Position numbers and translations under genes: made by a program. From positions 6,345 through 70,344 of the forward strand of contig DUFC01000004.1 in assembly GCA_011191875.1 (NCBI GenBank): a stretch of 64,000 bases of DNA, in the 5' to 3' direction. Under the pieces are notes generated by a model. That model was not told the origin of the DNA. It saw only the letters and a program-made list of their open reading frames with translations, and made no database searches. The stretch's first letter is position 1, and the number at the start of each line of letters is the position of its first letter. This document shows positions 52,391 through 62,112 of the stretch, piece by piece. The DNA is from Dehalococcoidia bacterium (GTDB lineage: Bacteria > Chloroflexota > Dehalococcoidia > Dehalococcoidales > W498).

Positions 52391-53206
52391 CTACTTCTTA
52401 TCAACTGGTTGCTGCAGCTCGGTTACAAAGGATGCCGGGTCATTAGTCTGGTCATAGCTCTTAAGGTAGACTTCACGGTCGGGTCCAGTCATCTCGTAGC
52501 CGTTAGTTTCAACCCATGTCATTAGCGCTTGGTAAGACTCACTTAACTTTTCATACGGCCCCTGGTGAATTAAGCAGGCCATTTGTTCCACTTCCGGTAT
52601 CTCGTGCACCTTAATTCTGTTGGTAGCTGCTAACGGGCTAGTGATGGGCACGGCCACTTCAACATCCACATCCCTTTCCCGGTATTCCATATCATGGTAG
52701 ATTGCTATTGGTGGGCCAGTCCACTGAGCCTTGTGCTCGCCCAGATAGGGGTATAGCTCCTCAAAGAGTTTACCAATATCATAATAGGTAGGAATGACAT
52801 CGCGTACTGAGGCGACTGTTTGAGCATTAACCTTCTTTATCACTACATCGCAAGCTGGCATGATACCCTCCTTTTCAACTTTTTTCAGCCACTCTTCTAC
52901 CTGCACCAGTCGCCTCTCTTCATCGTGCAACCGCTGCCGAATCTCTACCTGCTTCACATGTAAAAGTTGTATAATATGACTCACCAGCAGGTCATTATCA
53001 AGTAGCTGAGCTACCTCCTCGAGTGATAGGCCGAGGTTCTTCAGCACAACTATTCGGTTGAGTCGGGGCAACTGGTCAGCCGAGTAATAGCGGTAACCGG
53101 TGAAGCGGTCTACTTCGACTGGCTTGAGTAGCCCGATTTCATCATAGTAGCGCAGTGCCTTCACCGTAACTCGGCTGAGTCGGGAAAAGTCGCCAATTTT
53201 AAGCAT
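52391..53206 (-). CDS. MerR-family transcriptional regulator with GyrI-like effector domain
   Basis: 271 aa. An N-terminal HTH (IGDFSRLSRVTVKALRYYDEIGLL), a coiled-coil linker and a C-terminal GyrI-like/BmrR-type domain. Confidence 0.85.
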   Translation of the reverse strand: MLKIGDFSRLSRVTVKALRYYDEIGLLKPVEVDRFTGYRYYSADQLPRLNRIVVLKNLGLSLEEVAQLLDNDLLVSHIIQLLHVKQVEIRQRLHDEERRLVQVEEWLKKVEKEGIMPACDVVIKKVNAQTVASVRDVIPTYYDIGKLFEELYPYLGEHKAQWTGPPIAIYHDMEYRERDVDVEVAVPITSPLAATNRIKVHEIPEVEQMACLIHQGPYEKLSESYQALMTWVETNGYEMTGPDREVYLKSYDQTNDPASFVTELQQPVDKK

Positions 53207-53359
53207 CTACTGCTCTCCTTTTTAGTTTTACTTTGAAGATCTTCGCAAACAGTATAGAGCCTCCAGTAACGGGAGAGTCAAGAGGGTATCGAGCCTTTTT
53301 AAGAAAATCTTTATTGAAGACCTTTGTGTTAAGGGATATACTATTCTTGGGAGATAATT

Positions 53360-55345
53360 ATGCCACCCTTTGAAATAGTCTCTGACTTTAAGATGACCGG
53401 TGACCAGCCCCAGGCAGTGGATAAGCTGGTTTATGGCTTAAATAGGGATTTCAAACGCCAGACGCTGCTGGGGGTTACTGGCAGCGGTAAGACATTCACC
53501 ATGGCTAATGTTATTGAGCGGGTGCAGAAACCGACTTTAGTTATTTGCCACAACAAAACATTGGCCGCCCAGCTCTGCACCGAGTTCAAGGAGTTCTTTC
53601 CTAATAACGCTGTAGAATACTTTGTCAGCTATTATGACTACTACCAGCCTGAGGCATATATTCCCCGCACCGATACCTATATTGATAAAGAAATAGACAT
53701 AAACGAGGAGATTGATAAACTGCGTCATTCGGCTACTCGTGCCCTCTTTGAGCACCGTGATGTAGTTATTGTCGCCTCGGTGTCATGCATTTACGGTCTG
53801 GGTGAGCCCGAGGAATACCACAGCTTTGTCTGCAGCCTTAAGCGGGGCAATAGCTATAACCGAAATAAGCTTCTCCACCGGTTGGTAGATATGCAGTATG
53901 AGCGCAACGATATTGACTTTACCCGAGGCAGGTTCCGTATTCGCGGCGACACTCTGGAAATACAGCCCACCTATGAAGAGTTAGCCCTGCGGGTGGAGTT
54001 CTTTGGCGATGATATTGAGCGCATTGTAGAAATAGACCCCTTAACTGGAGAACTATTAGCCGAGTTAGACTCGGTGGATATATATCCAGCTAAGCACTTT
54101 GTTACCTCACATGACAAGCTGATGCTTGCCATTGAAAGTATAAAACAGGAACTTGAGGAAAACCTAAACGACTTGAACCGACAAGGTAAGCTGCTGGAAG
54201 CGTCCAGACTCGAGATGCGCACCAACTATGACATAGAGATGCTCAGAGAGGCAGGGTACTGCCATGCTGTAGAAAATTATTCCCGTCACCTCTCACAGCG
54301 ACTGCCGGGTAGTCCCCCGTGGACGCTACTGGATTACTTCCCTGATGACTTCCTGCTATTTATCGACGAATCACACATGACATTACCCCAGATTCGCGGT
54401 ATGTATCAGGGCGACCGCTCCCGTAAGGAGACATTGGTGGAATATGGCTTCCGTCTGCCATCAGCCTTGGACAACCGCCCGCTTAACTTCGATGAGTTCG
54501 AGCAGCGTATCAACCAGGTTATCTACACCTCAGCCACGCCGGCAGCCTATGAGTATGAACACAGTCAGCAGGTAGCGGAGCAACTAGTCCGCCCCACCGG
54601 TCTCCTTGAACCCACCGTTGAGGTCAAGCCGACCAAGGGACAGATTGATGACCTTCTCGACCAGATTAAGACCCGAATTGATAATGGTAAGCGCTGCCTG
54701 ATAACCACTCTAACCAAAAGGATGGCAGAAGCACTGGCTGACTATCTAATAGAGACGGGGGTGAAGACTCACTACCTTCACTCTGAGATTGACACCCTGG
54801 AGAGGGTAGAGATACTGCGTGACCTCCGTCTTGGTGTCTATGATGTTGTTGTCGGCATAAATCTGCTCCGGGAAGGGCTTGACCTGCCCGAGGTGAGCCT
54901 GGTAGCTATTCTAGATGCGGATAAGGAAGGCTTTTTGAGGTCGGAGGGAGCATTAATTCAGACGATGGGACGTGCCGCTCGCCACATAGACGGGCATGTC
55001 ATTATGTATGCTGATACCATTACTAATTCTATGGCGGCGGCTATAAAGGAAACACAACGCCGTCGTCAGATTCAGGAAGCCTATAACAAAGAACACAACA
55101 TTACTCCTCAGGGAATAAGGAAAGCAATCAAGGATATTACAGAACGGGTGCGGGCTGTGGCTGAAACTCGTGCTCCCTATGTTGCTGCCCCTATTGCTAG
55201 AAAGGATATAGCTCGTCTCATTAAAGATTTAGAATCGCAAATGAAGACCGCCGCCAGAAATCTGGAGTTTGAGAGGGCAGCCCTACTGCGTGACCGCATC
55301 ATCGAGCTGAGGAAGGGAGAGGATTACGCCGAGATAGAGAAATGA
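53360..55345 (+). CDS. uvrB: Excinuclease ABC subunit B
   Basis: 661 aa. [18 protein letters not shown] and the C-terminal UVR domain (EFERAA.LRD). Confidence 0.96.
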   Translation: MPPFEIVSDFKMTGDQPQAVDKLVYGLNRDFKRQTLLGVTGSGKTFTMANVIERVQKPTLVICHNKTLAAQLCTEFKEFFPNNAVEYFVSYYDYYQPEAYIPRTDTYIDKEIDINEEIDKLRHSATRALFEHRDVVIVASVSCIYGLGEPEEYHSFVCSLKRGNSYNRNKLLHRLVDMQYERNDIDFTRGRFRIRGDTLEIQPTYEELALRVEFFGDDIERIVEIDPLTGELLAELDSVDIYPAKHFVTSHDKLMLAIESIKQELEENLNDLNRQGKLLEASRLEMRTNYDIEMLREAGYCHAVENYSRHLSQRLPGSPPWTLLDYFPDDFLLFIDESHMTLPQIRGMYQGDRSRKETLVEYGFRLPSALDNRPLNFDEFEQRINQVIYTSATPAAYEYEHSQQVAEQLVRPTGLLEPTVEVKPTKGQIDDLLDQIKTRIDNGKRCLITTLTKRMAEALADYLIETGVKTHYLHSEIDTLERVEILRDLRLGVYDVVVGINLLREGLDLPEVSLVAILDADKEGFLRSEGALIQTMGRAARHIDGHVIMYADTITNSMAAAIKETQRRRQIQEAYNKEHNITPQGIRKAIKDITERVRAVAETRAPYVAAPIARKDIARLIKDLESQMKTAARNLEFERAALLRDRIIELRKGEDYAEIEK

Positions 55346-55497
55346 ACAATAAGCAGGATATGGACACAAGACAAGAGCGCCGTGAGAAAAAGCTCAGGAA
55401 GAAGCGAGAGCGAATACCTAAGCACGGGCGGAGTCTGGTCAGGATATATAAGGATGCTATTCTTAAGCGATTAAGGCGCCACCAGGTCGACAAATAG
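55342..55497 (+). CDS. Possible 51-aa highly basic small protein coupled to uvrB
   Basis: ATG overlaps the uvrB TGA (ATGA). My hand translation is [51 protein letters not shown]. It is below the ORF-track size cut-off. Confidence 0.4.
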   Translation: MNNKQDMDTRQERREKKLRKKRERIPKHGRSLVRIYKDAILKRLRRHQVDK

Positions 55498-55522
55498 TAG
55501 AAGAGGTTGTAAAAGAAGCAAG
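55471..55522 (+). repeat. Direct repeat DR-A flanking the GAF-DUF4342 gene
   Basis: TTAAGGCGCCACCAGGTCGACAAATAGTAGAAGAGGTTGTAAAAGAAGCAAG matches 56668..56719 at about 43/52 positions by manual alignment. Confidence 0.75.
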
Positions 55523-55599
55523 CACAACCAGAAAAAAGCCATAGTAGCTGGCAATAACCCACCAGGTTGGGCCGGACACAACCTCACCTTAATACCCGG

Positions 55600-56454
55600 C
55601 TATTTTTCAGCCTTCTCAACCTCAATGGTGCATTCCGTCGTTACAGCACCAAAAGCAGCCAGGGCAGACAGAACCGGAGCTACCGTTATCCCTGTCGGCT
55701 CCTCTGGGGAACCTGATATCGCTGGAAGCTCCATTAGGCAATTCCGTTCGTGTATCAAATACACCTTCCTGACATTACTTTCACCCATGAGGCGCTTGAC
55801 TAATGCAACCAGGTTGTCTCCAGATACAGTAATCTTTTCCTTAGAGATGTACTCCTCAGGAGGAACCACAGACTCCTGAGCTATCCATTCATAGCCTAAA
55901 GTAGCCCGCCACTCTAGCATCTCCCTCCTGGATGCCTCGTAGTCTTTCTTACAAGTATCATAGAGCCTTGCGTTTTCGAGGGCAATGGCACCCAGATTAG
56001 CAACTGCTTTCACGAAGTATACTTCATCCGCGGTGAAGTTGCGTTGCTCTGCAGTGTACACCCTAATTACCCCTATAATCTCCTCTCTGAGCATCATCGG
56101 GACGGAAAGAATAGATGCGATCCCTTCTTTCTTGGCCTGCTCTCGATACTGAACCCACTCATCCTTGGTTACATCTAAGACAGCTACTGGTGTGCCCTCC
56201 AGTGCTGCGGAAAGGCTCTTATCCGCTGATACCGGACCTTTTCGGACGTAGGAGTCGCTTAGCCCATAGGCTATGGTATGAAGTAATAGTTTTCTATCCG
56301 GCGTAAGAAGCATCAGTGAGCATCCTTTAGCCTCCATGACCTGTGATACTCTCTCAACAATGGAGCGGAGTACGCTCTCAGGAGTATGAGCTGAATTCGC
56401 TGCTTCTGCTACTTCGTACAAACTCTGATAATAGTTAGTCTCTCTTTTTCCCAT
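55600..56454 (-). CDS. GAF-domain protein with C-terminal DUF4342-like extension
   Basis: 284 aa. The first ~200 aa are paralogous to 632..1237. The tail, KITVSGDNLVALVKRLMGESNVRKVYLIHERNCLMELP...APVLSALAAFGAVTTECTIEVEK, resembles DUF4342. Confidence 0.75.
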   Translation of the reverse strand: MGKRETNYYQSLYEVAEAANSAHTPESVLRSIVERVSQVMEAKGCSLMLLTPDRKLLLHTIAYGLSDSYVRKGPVSADKSLSAALEGTPVAVLDVTKDEWVQYREQAKKEGIASILSVPMMLREEIIGVIRVYTAEQRNFTADEVYFVKAVANLGAIALENARLYDTCKKDYEASRREMLEWRATLGYEWIAQESVVPPEEYISKEKITVSGDNLVALVKRLMGESNVRKVYLIHERNCLMELPAISGSPEEPTGITVAPVLSALAAFGAVTTECTIEVEKAEK

Positions 56455-56667
56455 TTTAACACCTCTCTAGCCTTAGTAGTGAACTAATTCACAACGTCTT
56501 GGCATAATCTACAAGGTATACTTGTCTATAGACTATAGTATATATTATCAAAAATGAATTGGCAACGCACAGCTACTATAACCAATATATATGGGGTGTG
56601 AGTTATTTGTAACCTGCCATGATTTCTATAAGTCAGCATAGCATCATAGAGCCTATCACCTACTACA

Positions 56668-56719
56668 TTAAGGCGCTACTGGGTTGACAAATAGTAAAAG
56701 TGGTAGTAAAAGAAGTAAT
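56668..56719 (+). repeat. Direct repeat DR-B flanking the GAF-DUF4342 gene
   Basis: TTAAGGCGCTACTGGGTTGACAAATAGTAAAAGTGGTAGTAAAAGAAGTAAT. It preserves the reading LRRYWVDK*, compared with LRRHQVDK* in DR-A. Confidence 0.75.
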
Positions 56720-56835
56720 TATAAAAGTTAGGAGGCAAACGATATGGAAACGGCTTGGTACTTTAGACTTTTCTATGTTACATCTTATGGTTTATTATCA
56801 GTTGGCTTCTTTTCGGAATTATTAAAGCGAAGAGG

Positions 56836-57285
56836 ATGAGCGGTCCGGGACCCAGTAAGTCATGGATGATAGCTTTTTGGATAAGCTTAATTATAGGGTG
56901 GGTGTTGACGTGGTTTGTCACATTTAGTATTAATCTGGCTTTCTGGATTGGGCTTGGTATTATTATTTTCGGAGAAGTTGTCTATACCCTGGGCTACATC
57001 GCTATGAGAGAGCACCCTGAGAAAAAGCAAGTGGTTGTAGATTGGGGTATTTATAAGGTCAGCCGACACTCCCATATCCTGGCAGGCATAATTTGTCTCC
57101 TTGGTGTGATCGTCATGGGATGGAACACGGCATCAGTTATGTATCTAATTTTGTGGGTTTACTTCGTTTTGTACGTTGCCCTGAATCATTATGGTGCCCT
57201 AAATGAAGAAAAATTAAATATAGAAAGATTCGGGCAAGAGTATGTGGATTATATGACAAAGGTACCCAGATATTTCTTGCTATAA
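56836..57285 (+). CDS. ICMT/PEMT-like membrane methyltransferase family protein (short form)
   Basis: 149 aa. GIYKVSRHSHILAG and NEEKLNIERFGQEYVDYMTKVPRY. Confidence 0.6.
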   Translation: MSGPGPSKSWMIAFWISLIIGWVLTWFVTFSINLAFWIGLGIIIFGEVVYTLGYIAMREHPEKKQVVVDWGIYKVSRHSHILAGIICLLGVIVMGWNTASVMYLILWVYFVLYVALNHYGALNEEKLNIERFGQEYVDYMTKVPRYFLL

Positions 57286-57316
57286 AGTTGAAGCCGCATA
57301 GCAAGCTATAAGGAGT

Positions 57317-57901
57317 ATGAACATGTCGCTTGTACCATCCTTTGAGATAGGTTTATGGAATGCCTGGATTATTACTGTTTTCAACATTTTAACAGGTATG
57401 GTTCCAGCTTTCTTTATTAGTAAAGAAAGAGCCAGTAAGATGGAGGGATGGCCACCGTATAGTAAAACTGAGAAAATATTAGCTCTCTCTACTCACGTAG
57501 TAATCATGCCTGTTACTGCTATCTATTCTATCTTCCTGCCGCTGAAACTGGGTACAGTATGATTATATTTTGGTCTGCCTATTTGTTTTCTGGGTGGAGT
57601 TATGACTCTTATAGCTTATATCAGCATTATCAGCACCCCACCTGATGAACCTGTTACCAAAGGGGCATATCATATTTCAAGACACCCTTTATACTTTAGC
57701 CAATTCTTGCTATATATCGGCATAGGCATAGCCTGCGCTTCCTGGGTTTTACTGCTATTCGCCGCAGCCTGGGTAATCCTGTGGCACATTGTGTTACCTA
57801 CTGAAGAACGAGACTTACTTGAGAACTACGGCAATTCCTACCGTGAATACATGAATCGGACCCCAAGATGGATAGGAATCCCGAAACCTGTGGTAAAGTG
57901 A
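57317..57901 (+). pseudogene. ICMT/PEMT-like paralog of 49867..50442 interrupted by one in-frame TGA
   Basis: This is a single 585-nt frame, which the ORF track splits into 57317..57562 and 57602..57901. The TGA at 57560-57562 aligns with Trp in the paralog (KLGTAWFYVGLP against KLGTV*LYFGLP). Confidence 0.7.
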
Positions 57902-57962
57902 TAAATATATCCTTTCGTTTAAGTGAAAGAAGTAGCTAACTACAGAAGAAAGGAGGCGGTCT

Positions 57963-58223
57963 ATGTTTGAACGCTGGAAAAGCCGAGAATGGATAGTGGG
58001 CAGTGGTGTTAGGATGACACTATCAGGTGGCGCTTGTTGGATTCTTGGTGTTGTATTCGCTATATTGGGTGTCATTGGTGATGCCATTGACGCCACCCTT
58101 GGCTTGGAGTCAATATCCTGGTTCTTGCTGGCAATTGCTAGCTTTGTGGCTGCCATATCTTGGTACCTTGGTTGGGCGTTGGCTGTATACCTAGCTACCA
58201 AAGATACTAAGAATAAGGAGTAG
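57963..58223 (+). CDS. Small two-TM membrane protein, unknown function
   Basis: 86 aa. A strong SD (AAAGGAGG) lies 6 nt upstream, and there are two clear hydrophobic helices. Confidence 0.55.
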   Translation: MFERWKSREWIVGSGVRMTLSGGACWILGVVFAILGVIGDAIDATLGLESISWFLLAIASFVAAISWYLGWALAVYLATKDTKNKE

Positions 58224-58254
58224 CATCCGTCGAACTAAGTAATATCAAATCAGC

Positions 58255-60432
58255 TTATTCCTCTTGTCCTTTAGTGCTTTCCTCCTCAAGCTGTTCCATA
58301 ATTCGGGCAGCCCTGGGATAACCGATATGTAACCTCCGTTGCAAGTAAGAGGTAGATATATGCTTGTGTTCCTGTGCCAATTGCCTGGCTGTCTCCAGCA
58401 GCGGGTCTTCGGGGAACCCCTCCCTTCTACCACCAGCCTGGGATGGGACAAACTCCTCAATCTTTAGCTGAGCTGCCTCTTCCCTACGCTGACTACCCCA
58501 AAAATAAACAAGCCTCTCTGTCTCAGCATCAGAGACATAGCACCCCTGAAGGCGCTTAGGCTTAGCTGCCTCAGTAGGCATATAGAGCATATCTCCCCTC
58601 CCCAACAACTTTTCCGCCCCACCCATGTCAAGAATAGTGCGTGAATCTACCTGAGAGGTGACAGCGAAGCTAACACGAGTAGGAAAGTTAGCCTTGATTA
58701 AACCGGTAACCACGTCTACTGATGGGCGCTGAGTAGCTACCACAAGGTGGATACCGGTAGCCCGAGCCAGCTGGGCTAATCGGCATAGAATATGCTCTAC
58801 TTCGTCAAAGCCTGCCATCATTAAATCAGCCAGTTCGTCAATGATTAGTGTCAAGTAAGGGAGCCTCTCGTCTCCCTGTTTATTTCTATTGTAGCCTTCA
58901 ATGTTACGGGCTCCAGCAGCAGCCAGCTGTTGATACCGCTTGTCCATTTCCTGGTTGAGCCAACGGAGTGTACTTAAGGCTTTATTAGTATCAACTATAA
59001 CCGGGTTAGCCAGGTGAGGTATGCTATTGAATGGAGTCAACTCTACCCTCTTGGGGTCAATCATAATAAACTTGACTTCATTAGGGGTATTATGTAGTAG
59101 CAGGCAGCAGATAATAGAATTTAAACAAACCGTCTTGCCACTTCCTGTAGCCCCGGCGATAAGCAGGTGGGGCATCCTAGACAGGTCAGCAGCTATCGCT
59201 TCGCCGCCAGCCCCTTTGCCCAGTGCCAGAGCTAGCTTGGACCTGGCCTCTATTTTCTGAAACACGCTAGTCTCTATTACCCCTCGAAGACTAACTAAGC
59301 TTAAAATGGTATTAGGCACCTCAATTCCTACTACCGACTTACCTGGCACCGGAGCTTCAATTCTAATACTGGGCGCCGCCAAGGCAAGAGCCAAATCACT
59401 AGACAGTGAGGTTATCCTCTCTACCTTTACCCTTGTCTTAGATACCTCCTCCAGCCGCACTTTGGCATTTCCATCTCTATCCCTTTCCTTTATCTCCTTC
59501 ATCTTTCTATCCCAGCCCGGTTCTACGCCAAATTGGGTAACCGTCGGTCCAGCGTTTATCTGCACTATCTTAGCCTCAACACCATAACTGGCTAAAGCCT
59601 CCTCTAGTAACTTAGCCCTTTGCACGTTATCGGCCTGACTAAACTCAACTTCAGGAGCCCTATCCAGAATATCAATAGGCGGTAACCGCCAGCCATCAAT
59701 GATAGTTAAAGCCGATGATTCGCCATATTTTTTCCATACCTCCTGAGCCACCTGCTTCAGTTCCTGTTGAGCCTGGGTAGAAGTAAGCACCGGGGTTACC
59801 GTTTCCTTCTCCGGTTCTATTTCGGGGGGTTTAGGAGTTACTGGAACCGTGGGAAATGGTGGCTTTGGTTGCGGGGCTTGTTTAAGAGCCGGTCGCCTTT
59901 TCAACTGCCTGCCCAGCCAGGAGAAGAAACTTGCTACCAGGTGAAAGCAAGCTTTAGGAGCTACCAAAATAATACCAATGATAACTAATCCCAGTATCCA
60001 AAGGATGGCGGTAAAATCATCTTGACCTATGAAATTTAGACCGAAGCTACCCCCCAAATTGAAGAGAGCAAGTATTCCCCATATAGCCAGGATGAAAGTA
60101 ACAGCACCTAGCCATTTGTTCCAATGATTAAGCTTCCATCGATGAGCTAAAGCTGATAACTGTCGCCGCCATAGCATCCCTATTATGATTATAACGACTA
60201 TGGCTATAAGGGCTAACCCCCAGCCAAACAGTTCCCAGGCTTTGCCGGCAATATTAGTAGCCCATGAAGCCACTGCCGACCATTGCCATAATAGCAATGC
60301 TACGATTATTATGATGAGTATAAGCCGCCACACTAATGGCAAAGCCACAAAGCGAAATGGCCGGCTCCACGACGATGTTCCCCCCGGCTTTTTTCTGGAT
60401 TTGCCACTGACATTAGCTCTCCCTTTAGTCAT
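58255..60432 (-). CDS. ftsK: DNA translocase FtsK/SpoIIIE
   Basis: 725 aa. An N-terminal multi-TM region, a Pro-rich linker, Walker A GATGSGKT and the C-terminal gamma winged helix. Confidence 0.95.
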   Translation of the reverse strand: MTKGRANVSGKSRKKPGGTSSWSRPFRFVALPLVWRLILIIIIVALLLWQWSAVASWATNIAGKAWELFGWGLALIAIVVIIIIGMLWRRQLSALAHRWKLNHWNKWLGAVTFILAIWGILALFNLGGSFGLNFIGQDDFTAILWILGLVIIGIILVAPKACFHLVASFFSWLGRQLKRRPALKQAPQPKPPFPTVPVTPKPPEIEPEKETVTPVLTSTQAQQELKQVAQEVWKKYGESSALTIIDGWRLPPIDILDRAPEVEFSQADNVQRAKLLEEALASYGVEAKIVQINAGPTVTQFGVEPGWDRKMKEIKERDRDGNAKVRLEEVSKTRVKVERITSLSSDLALALAAPSIRIEAPVPGKSVVGIEVPNTILSLVSLRGVIETSVFQKIEARSKLALALGKGAGGEAIAADLSRMPHLLIAGATGSGKTVCLNSIICCLLLHNTPNEVKFIMIDPKRVELTPFNSIPHLANPVIVDTNKALSTLRWLNQEMDKRYQQLAAAGARNIEGYNRNKQGDERLPYLTLIIDELADLMMAGFDEVEHILCRLAQLARATGIHLVVATQRPSVDVVTGLIKANFPTRVSFAVTSQVDSRTILDMGGAEKLLGRGDMLYMPTEAAKPKRLQGCYVSDAETERLVYFWGSQRREEAAQLKIEEFVPSQAGGRREGFPEDPLLETARQLAQEHKHISTSYLQRRLHIGYPRAARIMEQLEEESTKGQEE

Positions 60433-60438
60433 ATAAAG

Positions 60439-62112
60439 CTACACCTTTACAATAACTGGAAGAACCATAGGACGGCGTTTAGTCTGCTCATAGTAAAACT
60501 TATTCAATATATCTCTAACTTTGGTATTGACAAAACCCCACTCGGCAGGACGGTCACCACTACGGTCCAGGGCACTAGCCACCAGGTCACGGCTCTCATC
60601 TATCATATCTTTGGACTCTCTGGTATCAACAAAACCCCGTGATACGATGTCAGGACGCCCCACCAGCTTACCGGTTTGCTTGTTTACAGCAATAATCACT
60701 ACTACTATTCCATCTCTTGATAGCATTCTTCTATTACGGAGAACAAGGCTACCGATATCACCCACACTTAAACCGTCTACATACACATTGCCGGCACTGA
60801 CTTTTCCTGTTTTCCTGCCTGCCTGTGAGTTAATCTCAAGTATATCGCCATCTTCCAGCAAGAAAGTATTTTCCTTGGGGATGCCTATTGATTCAGCTAA
60901 CTTAGCATGAATACTCAGGTGGCGATATTCACCATGGATAGGCATAAAGAACTTTGGCTTAACCAAATTTAGCAGCAATTTTAGCTCTTCCTGACTACCA
61001 TGCCCATGGACATGAACCTTTGCCACCTTGTCATACAATACCTGAGCCCCCTGCTTGAAAAGGTTGTCCAGTGTTCTATTGATTAGCGCTTCATTACCCG
61101 GAATAGGGGTTGCTGAAAGAATCACCGTGTCCCCACGAATGATATGAAGCTGGCGGTGGTCTCGGTTAGCTATGCGAACCAGGGCTGAGGTGGGTTCCCC
61201 CTGGCTCCCGGTAGTAATAAATACAATTTTATTACGCGGTAGACCATGTAATTCATCAAGCCGAGCTAATATCCCATCAGGAGCATTAAGATAACCCAAC
61301 TCCAGTGCCATGCGCACTGTATCGCTGATACTACGCCCAACAGTAAAGACACGGCGCTGATGTTTAGCCGCTGAATCAATAACCTGCTGTATGCGTGAGA
61401 CCAGTGAAGCGAAGGTGGTTACAATCACTCTTCCTGGAGCATTAGCCATAATATGGTCAAGAGTTTCACCAACCACCCTCTCTGACGGGGTATAGCCGGG
61501 GAGTTCAGCATAAGTGGAATCAGAAAAGAGTAGCAAGACTCCCTGTGCTCCTAGTTGAGCCAGCCGAGAAAGGTCAGTTGGTTTATTATCAACTGGGGTG
61601 TAATCAAGTTTAAAATCTCCACTATGAACTATGGTGCCGACTGGAGTATATATGATTAGACCTACTGAGTCAGGTATGCTGTGACAAACCGGGAAGAACT
61701 CTACCCTGAACTTACCCAGTGTGACATCTCCCCCGGGTGGTACAACTTCAAGACTAGCTCCGGCGAGTGCCTTTCTTTCTTTGAGTTTGACCGAGATAAG
61801 ACCCTGGGTAAGCCTTGTTGAATAAATAGGCACCTTAAGCTGAGGCAGTATGTAAGGTAAGCCCCCAATATGGTCTTCATGCCCATGAGTGACGATTATT
61901 CCCCTTATTTTTTCCCGTCTCTCTAGTAGATAGCTAATATCAGGTATTACCAGGTCAATGCCTAGCATATCCTCACCTGGGAACATAAGCCCGGCGTCAA
62001 TGATGATAATATCATCCTCATATTCTATTACCATCATATTTTTACCAATTTCGCTTAGCCCGCCAAGAGGGATTATTTTCAGTTTTCGTTTACTCATTAT
62101 CTCAAACCTCAA
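60439..62112 (-). CDS. rnj: Ribonuclease J
   Basis: 557 aa. Metallo-beta-lactamase HGHEDHIGG, a beta-CASP domain and a C-terminal domain. Confidence 0.93.
   Translation of the reverse strand: MRFEIMSKRKLKIIPLGGLSEIGKNMMVIEYEDDIIIIDAGLMFPGEDMLGIDLVIPDISYLLERREKIRGIIVTHGHEDHIGGLPYILPQLKVPIYSTRLTQGLISVKLKERKALAGASLEVVPPGGDVTLGKFRVEFFPVCHSIPDSVGLIIYTPVGTIVHSGDFKLDYTPVDNKPTDLSRLAQLGAQGVLLLFSDSTYAELPGYTPSERVVGETLDHIMANAPGRVIVTTFASLVSRIQQVIDSAAKHQRRVFTVGRSISDTVRMALELGYLNAPDGILARLDELHGLPRNKIVFITTGSQGEPTSALVRIANRDHRQLHIIRGDTVILSATPIPGNEALINRTLDNLFKQGAQVLYDKVAKVHVHGHGSQEELKLLLNLVKPKFFMPIHGEYRHLSIHAKLAESIGIPKENTFLLEDGDILEINSQAGRKTGKVSAGNVYVDGLSVGDIGSLVLRNRRMLSRDGIVVVIIAVNKQTGKLVGRPDIVSRGFVDTRESKDMIDESRDLVASALDRSGDRPAEWGFVNTKVRDILNKFYYEQTKRRPMVLPVIVKV

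Noticed and set aside
56744-56839. A 31-codon ORF (METAWYFRLFYVTSYGLLSVGFFSELLKRRG*) ending in an ATGA overlap with the 56836 ICMT-like gene, considered as a frameshifted N-terminus of that gene.
   Set aside because: The idea is plausible, since a hydrophobic N-terminal helix is typical of the family. However, the downstream frame is itself open upstream of 56836, and I cannot show homology by eye. I left it unannotated pending alignment with full-length homologs.
57560-57562. The in-frame TGA as evidence of a TGA=Trp or Gly genetic code, or of selenocysteine.
   Set aside because: Many well-supported genes in the window terminate at TGA (thiL, uvrB). There is no SECIS-like hairpin immediately downstream. 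A TGG-to-TGA transition explains it.
57815-58201. The 128-aa minus-strand ORF overlapping the 86-aa plus-strand ORF.
   Set aside because: The plus-strand ORF has a strong SD and two clean TM helices. The minus-strand product is compositionally odd and overlaps the end of the ICMT-like pseudogene.
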